Positions 1 to 10,062 of a stretch of DNA of 64,000 nucleotides are shown here, piece after piece. The translations under genes and the position numbers were made by a program. A model generated the notes under the pieces. That model was not told where the DNA came from, did no database searches, and saw only the letters and a list, made by a program, of their open reading frames with translations. Origin of the DNA: Actinomycetes bacterium (lineage in GTDB: Bacteria; Actinomycetota; Acidimicrobiia; Acidimicrobiales; Acidimicrobiaceae); the NCBI GenBank assembly GCA_021819205.1, contig JAKARV010000009.1:2880-66879 (forward strand), read 5' to 3'. Every line of letters begins with the position of its first letter. Position 1 is the stretch's first letter.

Positions 1-65
1 CTTGTCGGGCCGATTCAAAGTTAATTGGACCACGGATCCCCGGCGTTCGATCTCAAGCACTGCCA

Positions 66-2339
66 CTACGAACCTCCTTGCGGGATACGGTTACTTTTTT
101 TACTTTTGGGGTTGCCGCCGACCGCCACCAATGCGTCCACTGCGATGACGCCATCGGCGGAGACCACCACTGGATTGATGTCGATCGAAGTGATCTCCGG
201 ATGTTCAACGGCGGCTTGCGAGATCGCCTCAAGGAGTTCGGTCAAGGGTGCGGTCGCAAAGGGTTGGCTTGCTCCGCGGAGACGGGTTACGGCAACCGCA
301 AGCCGGTTGGCCTCATCGGGGATCAGCGGTGCCAGCGAAAACGCTACCATTCCGTTGACTTCCGCGGCAACTCCACCAAAGCCAACCGCGACTACGGGGC
401 CGTAAACCGGATCTCGCTGCATGCCGCAGATCACTTCAAGTCCGGCCGGCACCTGCTTGGCTACGATGACCGCTTGTCCCATTCGTTCAGCTTCGCTCTC
501 GGCTCTATCCCGGGAATAGACATTGAGGGCTACGCCATTGAGGTTGCTCTTGTGGGCCGGCCCGTCCATCTTCACTGCGACTGGAAATCCGATTTGCTCG
601 GCAATATCGGCAGCTTCAGCCGACGACGAAGCCCGCCTAAAGGTTGCGAATGGAACTCCGTATTGGGCAAGAAAGGTCGCCGATTCAAACTCTGAGAGAA
701 CTCCGGGGTGCAGGCGGCGTTTACTGCGGCGGAACGATCGGGGACGCTCGAGCCGCTTTGCGTAGCTACTCCAGCGGCCAACGTTGGCTATGGCTCGCAT
801 GGAATTCTCGATCCCCCGCAACAGGGCGATGTCTTCAGCGTAGGCGAGCCGTTGAATCTCTTGTGGAGGTTCGATTGCGTTGGCCGATACGACTATCGGA
901 ACTATCCGGGATTCGCGGGCGGCTGTCGCGAGCGATCTGACTATGAGGGTGCACCACTCGTTGTCGTCGGCACTGCGATAACGGGTCAGGTCGACTTGCG
1001 CAACTATGGCGTCGTAGAGCGAAGCTCTCTGCATCACTTGGAAGCAATGCGTGTAGACCGGCTCCACTTCGCCCATTGCCCAAGCGTCAATAGGATTGTT
1101 GGCCAACTGCAACATCGGGAACTTATCGGCGAGTTCACGTCTGGCGGAGTCGGGCAGCTGAGGAAGAGAAAGCCGGTTATCTTCAGCGAGATCGGCCAAG
1201 AGGGCCGCTTCACCTCCGGATTCGGAGACGGCCCCAATCGCGAGCCCTCGCGGCCACCGCGAATGTCCCAAGAGCTCAAGCGTCTCCATCATCTCCAAAA
1301 TGTCGCGGACTTCAATTGCGCCATGGGCGTTCAGGTAAGCAGAAAAACCCTGGCTGGATCCGACCAAGGCTCCGGTGTGAGTGAGGGCCACTTGCGACGC
1401 GACGGTGGACCGGCCGACCTTGAGGCATACCACTGGTTTGCCGGCTTCGCGACAGCGGTGAAGAACTTCAGAGAAGGCTTTGGGCCGACGGATGGTTTCG
1501 AGAAAGATTCCGATCGCCTTTGTACCTTCGTCCGCCGCAAAATAAGCCAAGAAGTCGGCGGCGTCTCGGTTGGTTTCGCTGCCAGAGGATATGACTGTAC
1601 GGAAACCGATGCGAAGTCCTGCGGTAATGAAGGCTTCCGCAACCGAACCGGACTGGCTGATAATCGAGACGTGTCCAGGTTGGAAGGTGGAGGGAAGGCT
1701 TCCGAACCATAAGCTAGGCCCCCCTGGCTGTGCGTAGCCCATGCAGTTCACGCCAAGAATGGCTGCGCCATACCGTTCGGCCATTGCGACGATCTGCTGG
1801 CGAATCGTTTCGGCGCCGCTCCCGGCTTCGGCACCGAGGCCGGGAATGACTAGCGCGCGAACCCCCGAGTCCAAAGCCTCTGACATGGCTTGCTCCAGGT
1901 ATGCCGGTCCCACCAGGAGTATCGCGGCTTCCGGAGTTTCGGGGAGCAATTTTACCGTTGGATAGCAGGGCCGCCCCAGCACTTCCAAGCGGTTTGGGTT
2001 GACGAGCCACGAACGGGTGGCGCTCTCTGCTGTCTCCACAGTTGCGGCATTCCGGTCCGAGGCTCCGATGATCGCGACCGAGGCGGGCTCGAGAAGCGAG
2101 CCGAGGGGACGAAGGATGGCGGCATCGGCCCTCATCGGGAGCCGTCCGCGTTCTTCATCCGCAAGCCTCTGCCGGAGAGCCTGCGCTTCATGATGTCTTT
2201 GCCGGGCGCGCAAAGCGCCGACATTTTGCCGGATGTGATTGCGCAAATACTGGTCAACGCCACCTGGGGAGCGCATCGTTGCGGGCGGCGGAAGACGTAG
2301 GTTTTTGGAGTGATCTGCCGCCGCTTCGGCGAGTCGCAT
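66..2339 (-). CDS. ADP-forming acyl-CoA synthetase (acetate--CoA ligase family; CoA-binding + succinyl-CoA-synthetase-like + ATP-grasp domains)
   Basis: 757-aa ORF. CoA-binding start (SVAIIGASDR), ligase-CoA-like middle (GVNCMG, IISQSGS) and a C-terminal ATP-grasp region (LSEFESATFLAQYGVP...PVAVKM). The true start may be the internal Met at 2135. Confidence 0.8.
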   Translation of the reverse strand: MRLAEAAADHSKNLRLPPPATMRSPGGVDQYLRNHIRQNVGALRARQRHHEAQALRQRLADEERGRLPMRADAAILRPLGSLLEPASVAIIGASDRNAATVETAESATRSWLVNPNRLEVLGRPCYPTVKLLPETPEAAILLVGPAYLEQAMSEALDSGVRALVIPGLGAEAGSGAETIRQQIVAMAERYGAAILGVNCMGYAQPGGPSLWFGSLPSTFQPGHVSIISQSGSVAEAFITAGLRIGFRTVISSGSETNRDAADFLAYFAADEGTKAIGIFLETIRRPKAFSEVLHRCREAGKPVVCLKVGRSTVASQVALTHTGALVGSSQGFSAYLNAHGAIEVRDILEMMETLELLGHSRWPRGLAIGAVSESGGEAALLADLAEDNRLSLPQLPDSARRELADKFPMLQLANNPIDAWAMGEVEPVYTHCFQVMQRASLYDAIVAQVDLTRYRSADDNEWCTLIVRSLATAARESRIVPIVVSANAIEPPQEIQRLAYAEDIALLRGIENSMRAIANVGRWSSYAKRLERPRSFRRSKRRLHPGVLSEFESATFLAQYGVPFATFRRASSSAEAADIAEQIGFPVAVKMDGPAHKSNLNGVALNVYSRDRAESEAERMGQAVIVAKQVPAGLEVICGMQRDPVYGPVVAVGFGGVAAEVNGMVAFSLAPLIPDEANRLAVAVTRLRGASQPFATAPLTELLEAISQAAVEHPEITSIDINPVVVSADGVIAVDALVAVGGNPKSKKSNRIPQGGS

Positions 2340-2555
2340 GCGACTTCGCCGCCACCGGAGATAGAGGTTCTCGCAGATGCTCGCCGATGCCTTTCGATGC
2401 AGCCGTGCACGCGTTGGATCGGCGGCGCTGCCTGCGCGCTGTCGAGTGCTTGGCGCGGCGGTTTGGATATGAGCAGCTGAAAATTTACCGACAGGTCGTG
2501 TTGACGGCGCGGTGCGATCATGCCAATCGCCAGGGAGTGGCGTTTGTCCAATCGA

Positions 2556-3998
2556 CTACTGCAAGGCATGGTCCTCTCCTAGAGATATTGCAATGTGCTT
2601 CATTTGGGTATACTCCTCGATCCCGTAGATCGAGAGGTCTTTCCCGTAGCCCGATTTGCCGAAGCCACCGTGGGGCATCTCGGAGGCCATGGGAGCGTGG
2701 ACATTTACGGAGACCGCACCGAACGCCAGGTCTCTGGCAAAACGCACGGCGCGTGCTGCGTCGCTAGTCCATACGCTGGCCGAAAGGCCTTGAGACACGC
2801 CGTTCGCCATTTGGAGCGCTTTTTTTTCATTGGCGAAGCTTTGGACGGTCATGGCCGGCCCGAAGATCTCTTCTTGCACAATCGGGTCACTCTGCGATAC
2901 GCCGGTAATCACGGTCGGCTGGAAGAAAAACCCGGGTCCGTCCAGAGCCTTTCCTCCGTGGACGACGATGCGCGTCCCTCCGGAACGGGCGATCAGGTTT
3001 TGCACCCGCTCCATCTGGGTTTGCGAAATGAGCGGCCCGCAGTCAGAAGGCGACGCTGGTGGGCCGCATGTCGTTTTGGAAGCGGAGGAGATCAGCAGGT
3101 CTAGAAGTTCGTCGCAAACTCTTGAATCGGCCAACACCCGGGTTGCAGCGGTGCAGTCTTGGCCGGTGTTGTAGTAGGCGGCGCTGGCTATTTCGGCTGC
3201 TGCTCTTGGGAGATCTGCATCCGCGAAGACGATTGCGGGGGCGTTTCCACCAAGCTCCAGCTGCACTCTTGCGAGCCGATCGGATGCTGCTCGCGCTACG
3301 GCACGTCCGGCCATCGTGCTGCCGGTTATCGATACCAGCGATACCGCTGGATTGCGGACGAGGGCTTCTCCGGTGGACTTCGGGCCGCAGAGTACGTTCA
3401 AGACGCCGTTCGGAAAAACGTCCTGGAGAAGTTCGGCCATGCGGACCGTAGATGCCGGAGCCAGCTCGGAGGGTTTGAGGACGACCGAGTTGCCGGCAGC
3501 GATGGCCGGCGCCCACTTCCATACCGCCATCATTAGCGGATAGTTCCAGGGCGTGATCAGGGCGCAGACTCCGACCGGCTCCCGCCGGACCGACGAGATC
3601 ACTCCCGGCAAGTATTCGTCGAACGACCGTCCTTCGAGGACGCGGCAGGCGCCGGCAAAAAACCGGATCTGGTCGATGATCGCCGGCATCTCGTCCTCGA
3701 TCATCTGCCGAAGCGGTTTTCCGGTGTCGGTGGCCTCTAGCGAACAAAGTTCTTCCGCTCCGGCTTCGATTGCGGCTGCCGCCTCCAGTAGGGCTGCTGA
3801 CCGGCGGCTCGGCGTCTCTCGGCTCCACGCCGGAAAGGCCGCAGCTGCTGCCGCGCACGCAACGTCGACGTCGCCGGCCGAAGAACTTGGCGCGGACGCA
3901 TACGCCAATCCGGTCGATGGGTCGATGACGGGGAAGGTTTGCGCATCCACCTTCAATTCGACGCTTGAACCCCCGACAAAATTCTTGAAAAGGGCCAT
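2556..3998 (-). CDS. NAD(P)-dependent aldehyde dehydrogenase (aminobutyraldehyde/betaine-aldehyde DH-like)
   Basis: 480 aa. ALDH hallmarks are visible: ITPWNYPL, catalytic-Glu motif ELGGNAP, catalytic-Cys motif GQDCTAATR and C-terminal EEIFGP. Confidence 0.9.
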   Translation of the reverse strand: MALFKNFVGGSSVELKVDAQTFPVIDPSTGLAYASAPSSSAGDVDVACAAAAAAFPAWSRETPSRRSAALLEAAAAIEAGAEELCSLEATDTGKPLRQMIEDEMPAIIDQIRFFAGACRVLEGRSFDEYLPGVISSVRREPVGVCALITPWNYPLMMAVWKWAPAIAAGNSVVLKPSELAPASTVRMAELLQDVFPNGVLNVLCGPKSTGEALVRNPAVSLVSITGSTMAGRAVARAASDRLARVQLELGGNAPAIVFADADLPRAAAEIASAAYYNTGQDCTAATRVLADSRVCDELLDLLISSASKTTCGPPASPSDCGPLISQTQMERVQNLIARSGGTRIVVHGGKALDGPGFFFQPTVITGVSQSDPIVQEEIFGPAMTVQSFANEKKALQMANGVSQGLSASVWTSDAARAVRFARDLAFGAVSVNVHAPMASEMPHGGFGKSGYGKDLSIYGIEEYTQMKHIAISLGEDHALQ

Positions 3999-4118
3999 TT
4001 TGTGTCTTCACCGCCTGTCTGATCCGGTTCCCGGAATGTTTTTGAAATTCGCTTGGCCGCGTAAGATCAAATAGTAGACTGAATGTTCAGTCAATCATCA
4101 CGGTGACGTTGATATTTT

Positions 4119-5519
4119 TTGATTGGAGCGCGTCCAATGCTAGGCAAGCAGCAAAAAGGGAGTTCAACAAGCGACCTGAACGAGGCCATTGCCGCAGAGG
4201 AGGCGGTCTTTCTGGAGCGGCAGCCCCTCTCTAGGCAGCTGTATCGGCGGGCGATAGGATCCCTCGCCGGCGGGGTTACCAGCAGCTGGCAGATCACCAC
4301 TCCCCAACCGGTATTCATCGAGGAGGGCCGGGGTTCACACATCGTCGATGTCGATGGCCAGGAGTACGTGGATCTCCACGGGGGTTATGGTGCCGGGCTT
4401 GCCGGACACGCCCACCCGGCCATAGTCGCCGCGGTAGCGGACCGGGTAGCTCGAGGCACTCACTTTGCGCAACCGAATGAGGACGCCATCGTTGTTGCCG
4501 AGAACCTCGCGTCTCGGTTCGGGCTCCCGCTTTGGCGCTTCACCAACTCCGGCACCGAGGCAACGATGGACGCAGTGCATCTGATGCGCGCCGTGACCGG
4601 GCGGGATCTGATCGTGAAGATGGAGGGTTGCTACCACGGCCATCACGACTCCGTGCAGGTGTCGGTGGCACCGGCGGCAGACGAGGTTGGATCGCTTCTC
4701 GTGCCCAACCGGGTTCCGGCCACTCTGGGGGTTCCGCGAGCGATCACCGATTTGACTCTGATCGCCACCTTCAACAGCGTGGCGTCTGTCAAGTCTCTTC
4801 TTGACCAGCACCCAGGGAAGATAGCAGGGGTCATAGTCGAGCCGGTAATGATGAACGCCGGAATTATCGAACCCATCGGCGGCTACCTGGCGGAGTTGAA
4901 GTCGTTGCTTCATGAACATGGCGCACTCCTGGCATTCGACGAGGTGAAAAGCGGGTTGACCGCGGGTTATGGCGGAGCTACTGCCGCCTACGGCGTAGAA
5001 CCCGACCTGATCTGTCTGGCCAAGGCGATTGGGGGCGGCTTGGTTGTCGGAGCCGTTGGCGGCACCGAGGCGACGATGGGCAAGGTGGTCGATGGTACCT
5101 ACGAGATGGTGGGTACTTTCAACGGGAATGCGCTTTCGATGGCCGCCGCGCGGGCAATGCTCGAGCGGGTCGCAACGTATGAAGCCTATGAGAAGCTGTT
5201 TGCGCTGCAGCGGCTGGCAGCGGAGAAAATTGCCATGTCCATCGAAAAGTCGCTAATCAAGGCCCGTGTCGTAACGGTTGGAGCCAAGGGCTGTGTAACG
5301 TTCTCGCCGGAACCGGTCATCAACTATCGCGACTTTTTGGCTATAGATGACCGCTTCAATCATCTTCACTGGCTATATCAGCACAACCGGGGCGTATTTT
5401 TGCCTCCGTGGGGAAAGATCGAGCAGTGGACGATATCTTTTCAACACAGCGATGCCGACATGGAGCGCTTTACCACCAACTTCGCCGAGTTTGCGGAGTT
5501 GGTTGCCTCGTTGCAGTAG
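4119..5519 (+). CDS. Class-III PLP-dependent aminotransferase (GSA-aminomutase-like fold)
   Basis: 466 aa. Motifs NSGTEATMDA, FDEVKSG and LAKAIGGG (PLP lysine region) are typical of class-III transaminases. An alternative start lies at 4137. Confidence 0.85.
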   Translation: MIGARPMLGKQQKGSSTSDLNEAIAAEEAVFLERQPLSRQLYRRAIGSLAGGVTSSWQITTPQPVFIEEGRGSHIVDVDGQEYVDLHGGYGAGLAGHAHPAIVAAVADRVARGTHFAQPNEDAIVVAENLASRFGLPLWRFTNSGTEATMDAVHLMRAVTGRDLIVKMEGCYHGHHDSVQVSVAPAADEVGSLLVPNRVPATLGVPRAITDLTLIATFNSVASVKSLLDQHPGKIAGVIVEPVMMNAGIIEPIGGYLAELKSLLHEHGALLAFDEVKSGLTAGYGGATAAYGVEPDLICLAKAIGGGLVVGAVGGTEATMGKVVDGTYEMVGTFNGNALSMAAARAMLERVATYEAYEKLFALQRLAAEKIAMSIEKSLIKARVVTVGAKGCVTFSPEPVINYRDFLAIDDRFNHLHWLYQHNRGVFLPPWGKIEQWTISFQHSDADMERFTTNFAEFAELVASLQ

Positions 5520-5555
5520 TCTGGCGCCGTCCCGACGATTTAAACCCCCTCCATT

Positions 5556-6293
5556 TCAGACGTTGTTACCCAGGACAAACCCGAGCTGCTGGGAGGCGGT
5601 ATCCATGGCCAGCTCGTATGCGCGCTGCGGTGAAACCGCCGGATCCTCGAGGGCGGTCTGGATAGCCAGTCCGTCCAAAAGGGCGGCGAAAATTATCGCA
5701 AAATCATCGACGTTGATCGGCCTGAACTCCTTGGCTGCCATCCCATCGTTCACGATCGCGCGAATGGTGTCGCGAAAGTGTTCGTCGAACTCTTCCCGCA
5801 CTTTCCGAAGCTGAGGCTCCCGGAGCGCTTGGCTCCATAGGTCAAGCCAGACGATCCACGAGTCATCGACAAAAATCGCACTTTCGTGATCCGGACGGGA
5901 GAGACCGCTGCGGTCTGGTGGAAGACAGGTCATGGCCACGACCCTTTCGAGCTGGGCGGCCGCGGATTCGACTTCAGATACCCTGCGTGCCATCTCGCTA
6001 TACCAGTCGCTTTCCGACCTGCGCATCGCCTCCGCCAACAGGCTGGAGCGGGTTTTAAAGTAGTAGATGACCAACGCGGGGCTAACCCCCGCACGCTCTG
6101 CCACGTCGGCGATTCGAGTTTCGGGAAAGCCCCGGTCGATTATTACTTCAACGGCTGCTGCAAGGATCTGTCCCGATCGCGAGTCCGCAGAGGGGTCGGT
6201 CTTCACGGGTTTCGTTGTCAATGGATCCTCCTTGCGCGCAACTCCCTGGAAGTTTAGGCAACGAAAGCCGGAGCCCACCTGCGTCGGCGTCAC
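5556..6293 (-). CDS. TetR-family transcriptional regulator
   Basis: 245 aa. N-terminal HTH reads ILAAAVEVIIDRGFPETRIADVAERAGVSPALVIYYF. It is divergent from the binding-protein gene at 6510. Confidence 0.85.
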   Translation of the reverse strand: MTPTQVGSGFRCLNFQGVARKEDPLTTKPVKTDPSADSRSGQILAAAVEVIIDRGFPETRIADVAERAGVSPALVIYYFKTRSSLLAEAMRRSESDWYSEMARRVSEVESAAAQLERVVAMTCLPPDRSGLSRPDHESAIFVDDSWIVWLDLWSQALREPQLRKVREEFDEHFRDTIRAIVNDGMAAKEFRPINVDDFAIIFAALLDGLAIQTALEDPAVSPQRAYELAMDTASQQLGFVLGNNV

Positions 6294-6435
6294 TTATGCG
6301 GCCGCGGATGATGCTGGCCCGATGGAGCCCTCTCGGCTGTACTCCACCCTGCGCTGGAGTTTTGCCGGCCACGCCAGGTTTGTTCTGACGATTTTTCATC
6401 ACGCTAGCCGCCAAACATGCTAAAGTCAGATCCAT

Positions 6436-6449
6436 TGTTTGTCTAAACA
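6436..6449. promoter_or_regulatory. Candidate TetR operator (TGTTT-gtct-AAACA) in the divergent TetR/SBP intergenic region
   Basis: Imperfect 14-bp palindrome with 5-bp arms, read directly from the sequence between the divergent genes 5556-6293 and 6510-8333. Confidence 0.25.
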
Positions 6450-6509
6450 CTCAGTCAGTGTCGGTTTGCGCAGGTCAAGCGCAATAGTGACCAGGAAGGA
6501 ATCACAGAG

Positions 6510-8333
6510 ATGACGGAAGTGGGTTTTCGTGAACGGTTGGGCAAGCGCGTTGTTGCCCAGGCCGCTCTGGTGCTGCTTGCAGCAACCCTTGTAATGAGCG
6601 CCTGCTCAACTACGAGTTCCGCGTCGTCAAGCGGCGCGACGGTAACCTACGCCCATGGAGTCGGCGACCAGTTCAGCTGGATCCTCCCTTTGCCGAATCA
6701 ATCAAACTACGATCCGTGGGATCAGAACACCGAATACAGCATGTGGCGTCCCCTCTACTACGCCGGGGATGGCAACATCCCGATCATCGACCAGAAGCTG
6801 AGCCTTGCGTACCCCCCGGTCTGGTCGAACAACAACACCACGGTTACCATCAAGCTCAAGAACTACAAATGGTCTGACGGCGTTCCAGTTACCACGCGAG
6901 ATGTGCAGTTCTTCTTCAACCTCTATAAAGCCAACAAGTCCAACATTGCGACTTATATCCCGGGAGACATGCCGGACAACGTCAAGAGCATCGACTACGT
7001 CAGTCCAACCGAGTTTGTAATGCATCTGACTGGAAGTTTTAGCCAACAGTGGTTTACAGATAACGAGCTGACCTTGATCGTTCCACTTCCTCAGCAGGTG
7101 TGGGATGTCAAATCCGCCGGAGGCAAGGTGGGCAATTACGACCTAAGCGCGGCAGGCTCTCGCGCCGTGTTCCACTATCTGTCGAGTCAATCGAAAACGG
7201 TGTCCACCTACGCTACCAACCCGATTTGGAAAGTTGTCGACGGGCCGTGGCGGCTGACCGGGTATAACCCAACCACCTATCAGACGACCTTGAGCGTGAA
7301 CTCGGCGTACTCCGGGCCAAACAAACCGAAGATTTCCCATGTCGTCTATGAGACTCCGACGAGCGCCACTGCGGAGGTTGATGCGCTGCGAAACGGATCT
7401 ATCGACATTGGCTACTTGCCGCTAAGCGATTACGAAGGGCTGAAGGGGTACTTCCAAAGCCACGGGTACACCGTTGCGCCTTGGGCTCCCGAGTATGTCC
7501 AATGGGCCGAGCTGGGCTACACCAGCCCGGTGTATGGCCCACTGGTGAAGCAGCTGTACATTCGCCAAGCGCTTCAGCATCTCGTGAACGAACCTCTTTA
7601 CCTGAAGGCGACTCTCCACGGGCTGGGGCAGCTAACTTATGGACCCGTTCCAAACCTGCCGGGTTCGCCTTATGTGAGTCCGCAAGAAAAAATTGATCCG
7701 TACCCCTACTCGACCCAAGCCGCACGTTCCCTGCTGATATCCCACGGTTGGACACCCGGAAGCGGAGGTACCATGCAGTGCTCGAGCCCGGGCGTTGGAG
7801 CCACGAACTGTGGTCCGGGAATACCGGCCGGGAAAAAGCTCGAGCTGTCGCTCTACTACGTGACCGGCTATCAAACCCTCGCATCGCAGGTGCAGGCGTT
7901 TGCTACCGCGGCCGCTGCGGCAGGAGTGGATGTCGTTCTCAATCCGGAGAGCCAGTCTACGCTTTTCTCGATTGGCGGGGTATGTCCGTCCTCAGGACCG
8001 TGCAACTGGGGGATTATCCTTTATAGCGCCTGGTTGTGGAATTACGGCCAAGCGGACGTCTATCCGACCGGCGGGCAGATGTTTGGCCAGGGAAATTATT
8101 GGGGTGGTGGATACTACAGCCCGACCGCCCAGAAGTTGATCGAGCTAACCCACACTCATACCGGAATCCAGTACCTGTACAACTACGAAAACTATATTTC
8201 CCGCCAGGTGGCAGCTCTGTGGTTCCCCACGTGGGATAACCGGATCTCGGTGGTGAAGGACAATATCAAGGGCTGGCAGCCCCAGCAGGCCTTTGGCAAT
8301 CCGGAACCCTCAAGGTGGTACGTGGTCTCTTGA
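6510..8333 (+). CDS. ABC transporter substrate-binding lipoprotein, family 5 (peptide/nickel type), copy 1
   Basis: 607 aa. Signal peptide with lipobox (LVMSAC). Long stretches are near-identical to the ORF at 13675-15528 (for example LPLPNQ.NY.PWDQN.EY.M.RPLY and KNYKWSDG). Confidence 0.85.
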   Translation: MTEVGFRERLGKRVVAQAALVLLAATLVMSACSTTSSASSSGATVTYAHGVGDQFSWILPLPNQSNYDPWDQNTEYSMWRPLYYAGDGNIPIIDQKLSLAYPPVWSNNNTTVTIKLKNYKWSDGVPVTTRDVQFFFNLYKANKSNIATYIPGDMPDNVKSIDYVSPTEFVMHLTGSFSQQWFTDNELTLIVPLPQQVWDVKSAGGKVGNYDLSAAGSRAVFHYLSSQSKTVSTYATNPIWKVVDGPWRLTGYNPTTYQTTLSVNSAYSGPNKPKISHVVYETPTSATAEVDALRNGSIDIGYLPLSDYEGLKGYFQSHGYTVAPWAPEYVQWAELGYTSPVYGPLVKQLYIRQALQHLVNEPLYLKATLHGLGQLTYGPVPNLPGSPYVSPQEKIDPYPYSTQAARSLLISHGWTPGSGGTMQCSSPGVGATNCGPGIPAGKKLELSLYYVTGYQTLASQVQAFATAAAAAGVDVVLNPESQSTLFSIGGVCPSSGPCNWGIILYSAWLWNYGQADVYPTGGQMFGQGNYWGGGYYSPTAQKLIELTHTHTGIQYLYNYENYISRQVAALWFPTWDNRISVVKDNIKGWQPQQAFGNPEPSRWYVVS

Positions 8334-8423
8334 ACGCGCTTTTCGACGTGAAGGGCTCGGGGGCGGCAGGCTTTTGAGCAGCTCAACACCTTGTGGTGTT
8401 CGCGCTATCGCTTCGGGAGACGG

Positions 8424-10052
8424 ATGAGAGCCGACGTGATCCTTCACTCGGGGAAAATTTGGGGATCCTCGGGCGAAGCAACCGCAGTGGCGATTGGCGG
8501 GACCAAGATAGTTGCGGTCGGCTCGGATTCGGCGGTTCGGGATGCCGTGGGCCATCCACGCGAGACCGTAGATCTTCGTGGCCGGACGGTTGTACCCGGG
8601 TTTCAAGATGGCCATGTCCACCCGGTTGACGGGGGTCTTCGAATCCTGTCGTGCGACCTGAGCACGGCGGGTTCAGCTGACGAGTGTTTTTCGGCTGTGG
8701 CCGCTTACGTGAGAGCGCATCCCGATCTGGCGGTGATCGTCGGCGATGGTTGGCTGCTTGAATGGTTTGAACGCGGAACTCCCCCCAGGAGGAGTCTTGA
8801 CGCGATAGTGGGAGATCGGATTGCCTTTCTAACCGAGACCGGCGGTCACTCCGCATGGGTCAGCACCGCTGCTCTCCAAGCCGCGGGCATCAGCAGAAGT
8901 ACTGCCGATCCGCGAGATGGACGCATCGAACGGGATTTGGACGGGGAACCGGTTGGCATGCTTCACGACGGCGCTATGGAGCTGGTCAAACGGTTGCTTC
9001 CCCAGCCGTCTCGAAGCGACATGTGCAAAGCCCTTGAAATCGGGCAGAAGCATCTGGTATCGCTGGGAATAACGGCTTGGCAAGATGCGATCGTGACTCC
9101 AGAGATCGATTTGGCTTATATCGATCTCGCCGGTGCTGGGAAACTGAGTGTCCGCGCATCGGCGGCCCTATGGTGGGACAGAGACGCGGGGGTTGACCAG
9201 CTGGAGGAGCTGTTGTGGCGCCGTTGCTTGCTTGAGGACGCCGACGTTCCGGCTCGCACCGTGAAGCTGATGCTCGATGGCGGGATCGAAGTAGGAACGG
9301 CTTGGATGCTCGAGCCTTACGCTGGCTATCTTGGGGGACCGCAAGGAGTCGAAGCCGGCAGGCCGTTCATTCCGGCGGAACAGGTCAACGAAGCCGTGTC
9401 GGCGATGGAGCGGATTGGCTTTCAAGCTCATTTTCACGCGATTGGCGACGCTGCGGTTCGTGCCGCGTTGGATGCGGTTGCCGTAGCCCGAGAGCAAAAC
9501 GGCGATCTCAAAAGGCGCCATCAGATCGCTCACGTCCAGGTAGTCCACCCGGAAGATATAAAAAGATTCGCGGCCCTAGGCGTGGCGGCAAACATCCAGG
9601 CTTTGTGGGCGTGCCACGAGCCCCAAATGGACGACCTCACGATTCCCGTTCTTGGCGAGACGCGGGCAAGTTGGCAGTACCCGTTCGGAGCGTTAGCGCG
9701 CAGTGGCGCCCATCTTGCTTGCGGAAGCGACTGGCCGGTTTCGAGCGCCGACCCGCTTGAACAGATCAAGGTTGCTATCCATCGCACGTGCGCGTCTTCT
9801 GCAGGCGATGCCGCCGCTCCCTTTTTTGCCGATCAGGCTTTGACTTTACCGATTGCGCTCAACGCTTTCACAAAGGGTTCTGCATACCTTCAATTCATCG
9901 ACGACACAACTGGGACAATAGAAGCGGGGAAGGAAGCCGACCTAGCCGTCCTCGATGGAGATATTGCCGATTTAAACGACTTCGGCGCCGAGAAGCCAAA
10001 AGTTGACATGACTTGGATTAGGGGCAAGCCGGTGTTCGAAAGGCAGGACTAG
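8424..10052 (+). CDS. Metal-dependent amidohydrolase (YtcJ-like, amidohydrolase_3)
   Basis: N-terminus ADVILHSGKIWG...VDLRGRTVVPGFQDGHVHP and later HFHAIGD and GSDWPV motifs. The ORF opens at 8391; the Met at 8424 is the more likely start. Confidence 0.8.
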   Translation: MRADVILHSGKIWGSSGEATAVAIGGTKIVAVGSDSAVRDAVGHPRETVDLRGRTVVPGFQDGHVHPVDGGLRILSCDLSTAGSADECFSAVAAYVRAHPDLAVIVGDGWLLEWFERGTPPRRSLDAIVGDRIAFLTETGGHSAWVSTAALQAAGISRSTADPRDGRIERDLDGEPVGMLHDGAMELVKRLLPQPSRSDMCKALEIGQKHLVSLGITAWQDAIVTPEIDLAYIDLAGAGKLSVRASAALWWDRDAGVDQLEELLWRRCLLEDADVPARTVKLMLDGGIEVGTAWMLEPYAGYLGGPQGVEAGRPFIPAEQVNEAVSAMERIGFQAHFHAIGDAAVRAALDAVAVAREQNGDLKRRHQIAHVQVVHPEDIKRFAALGVAANIQALWACHEPQMDDLTIPVLGETRASWQYPFGALARSGAHLACGSDWPVSSADPLEQIKVAIHRTCASSAGDAAAPFFADQALTLPIALNAFTKGSAYLQFIDDTTGTIEAGKEADLAVLDGDIADLNDFGAEKPKVDMTWIRGKPVFERQD

Positions 10053-10062
10053 CTGCCTCAAC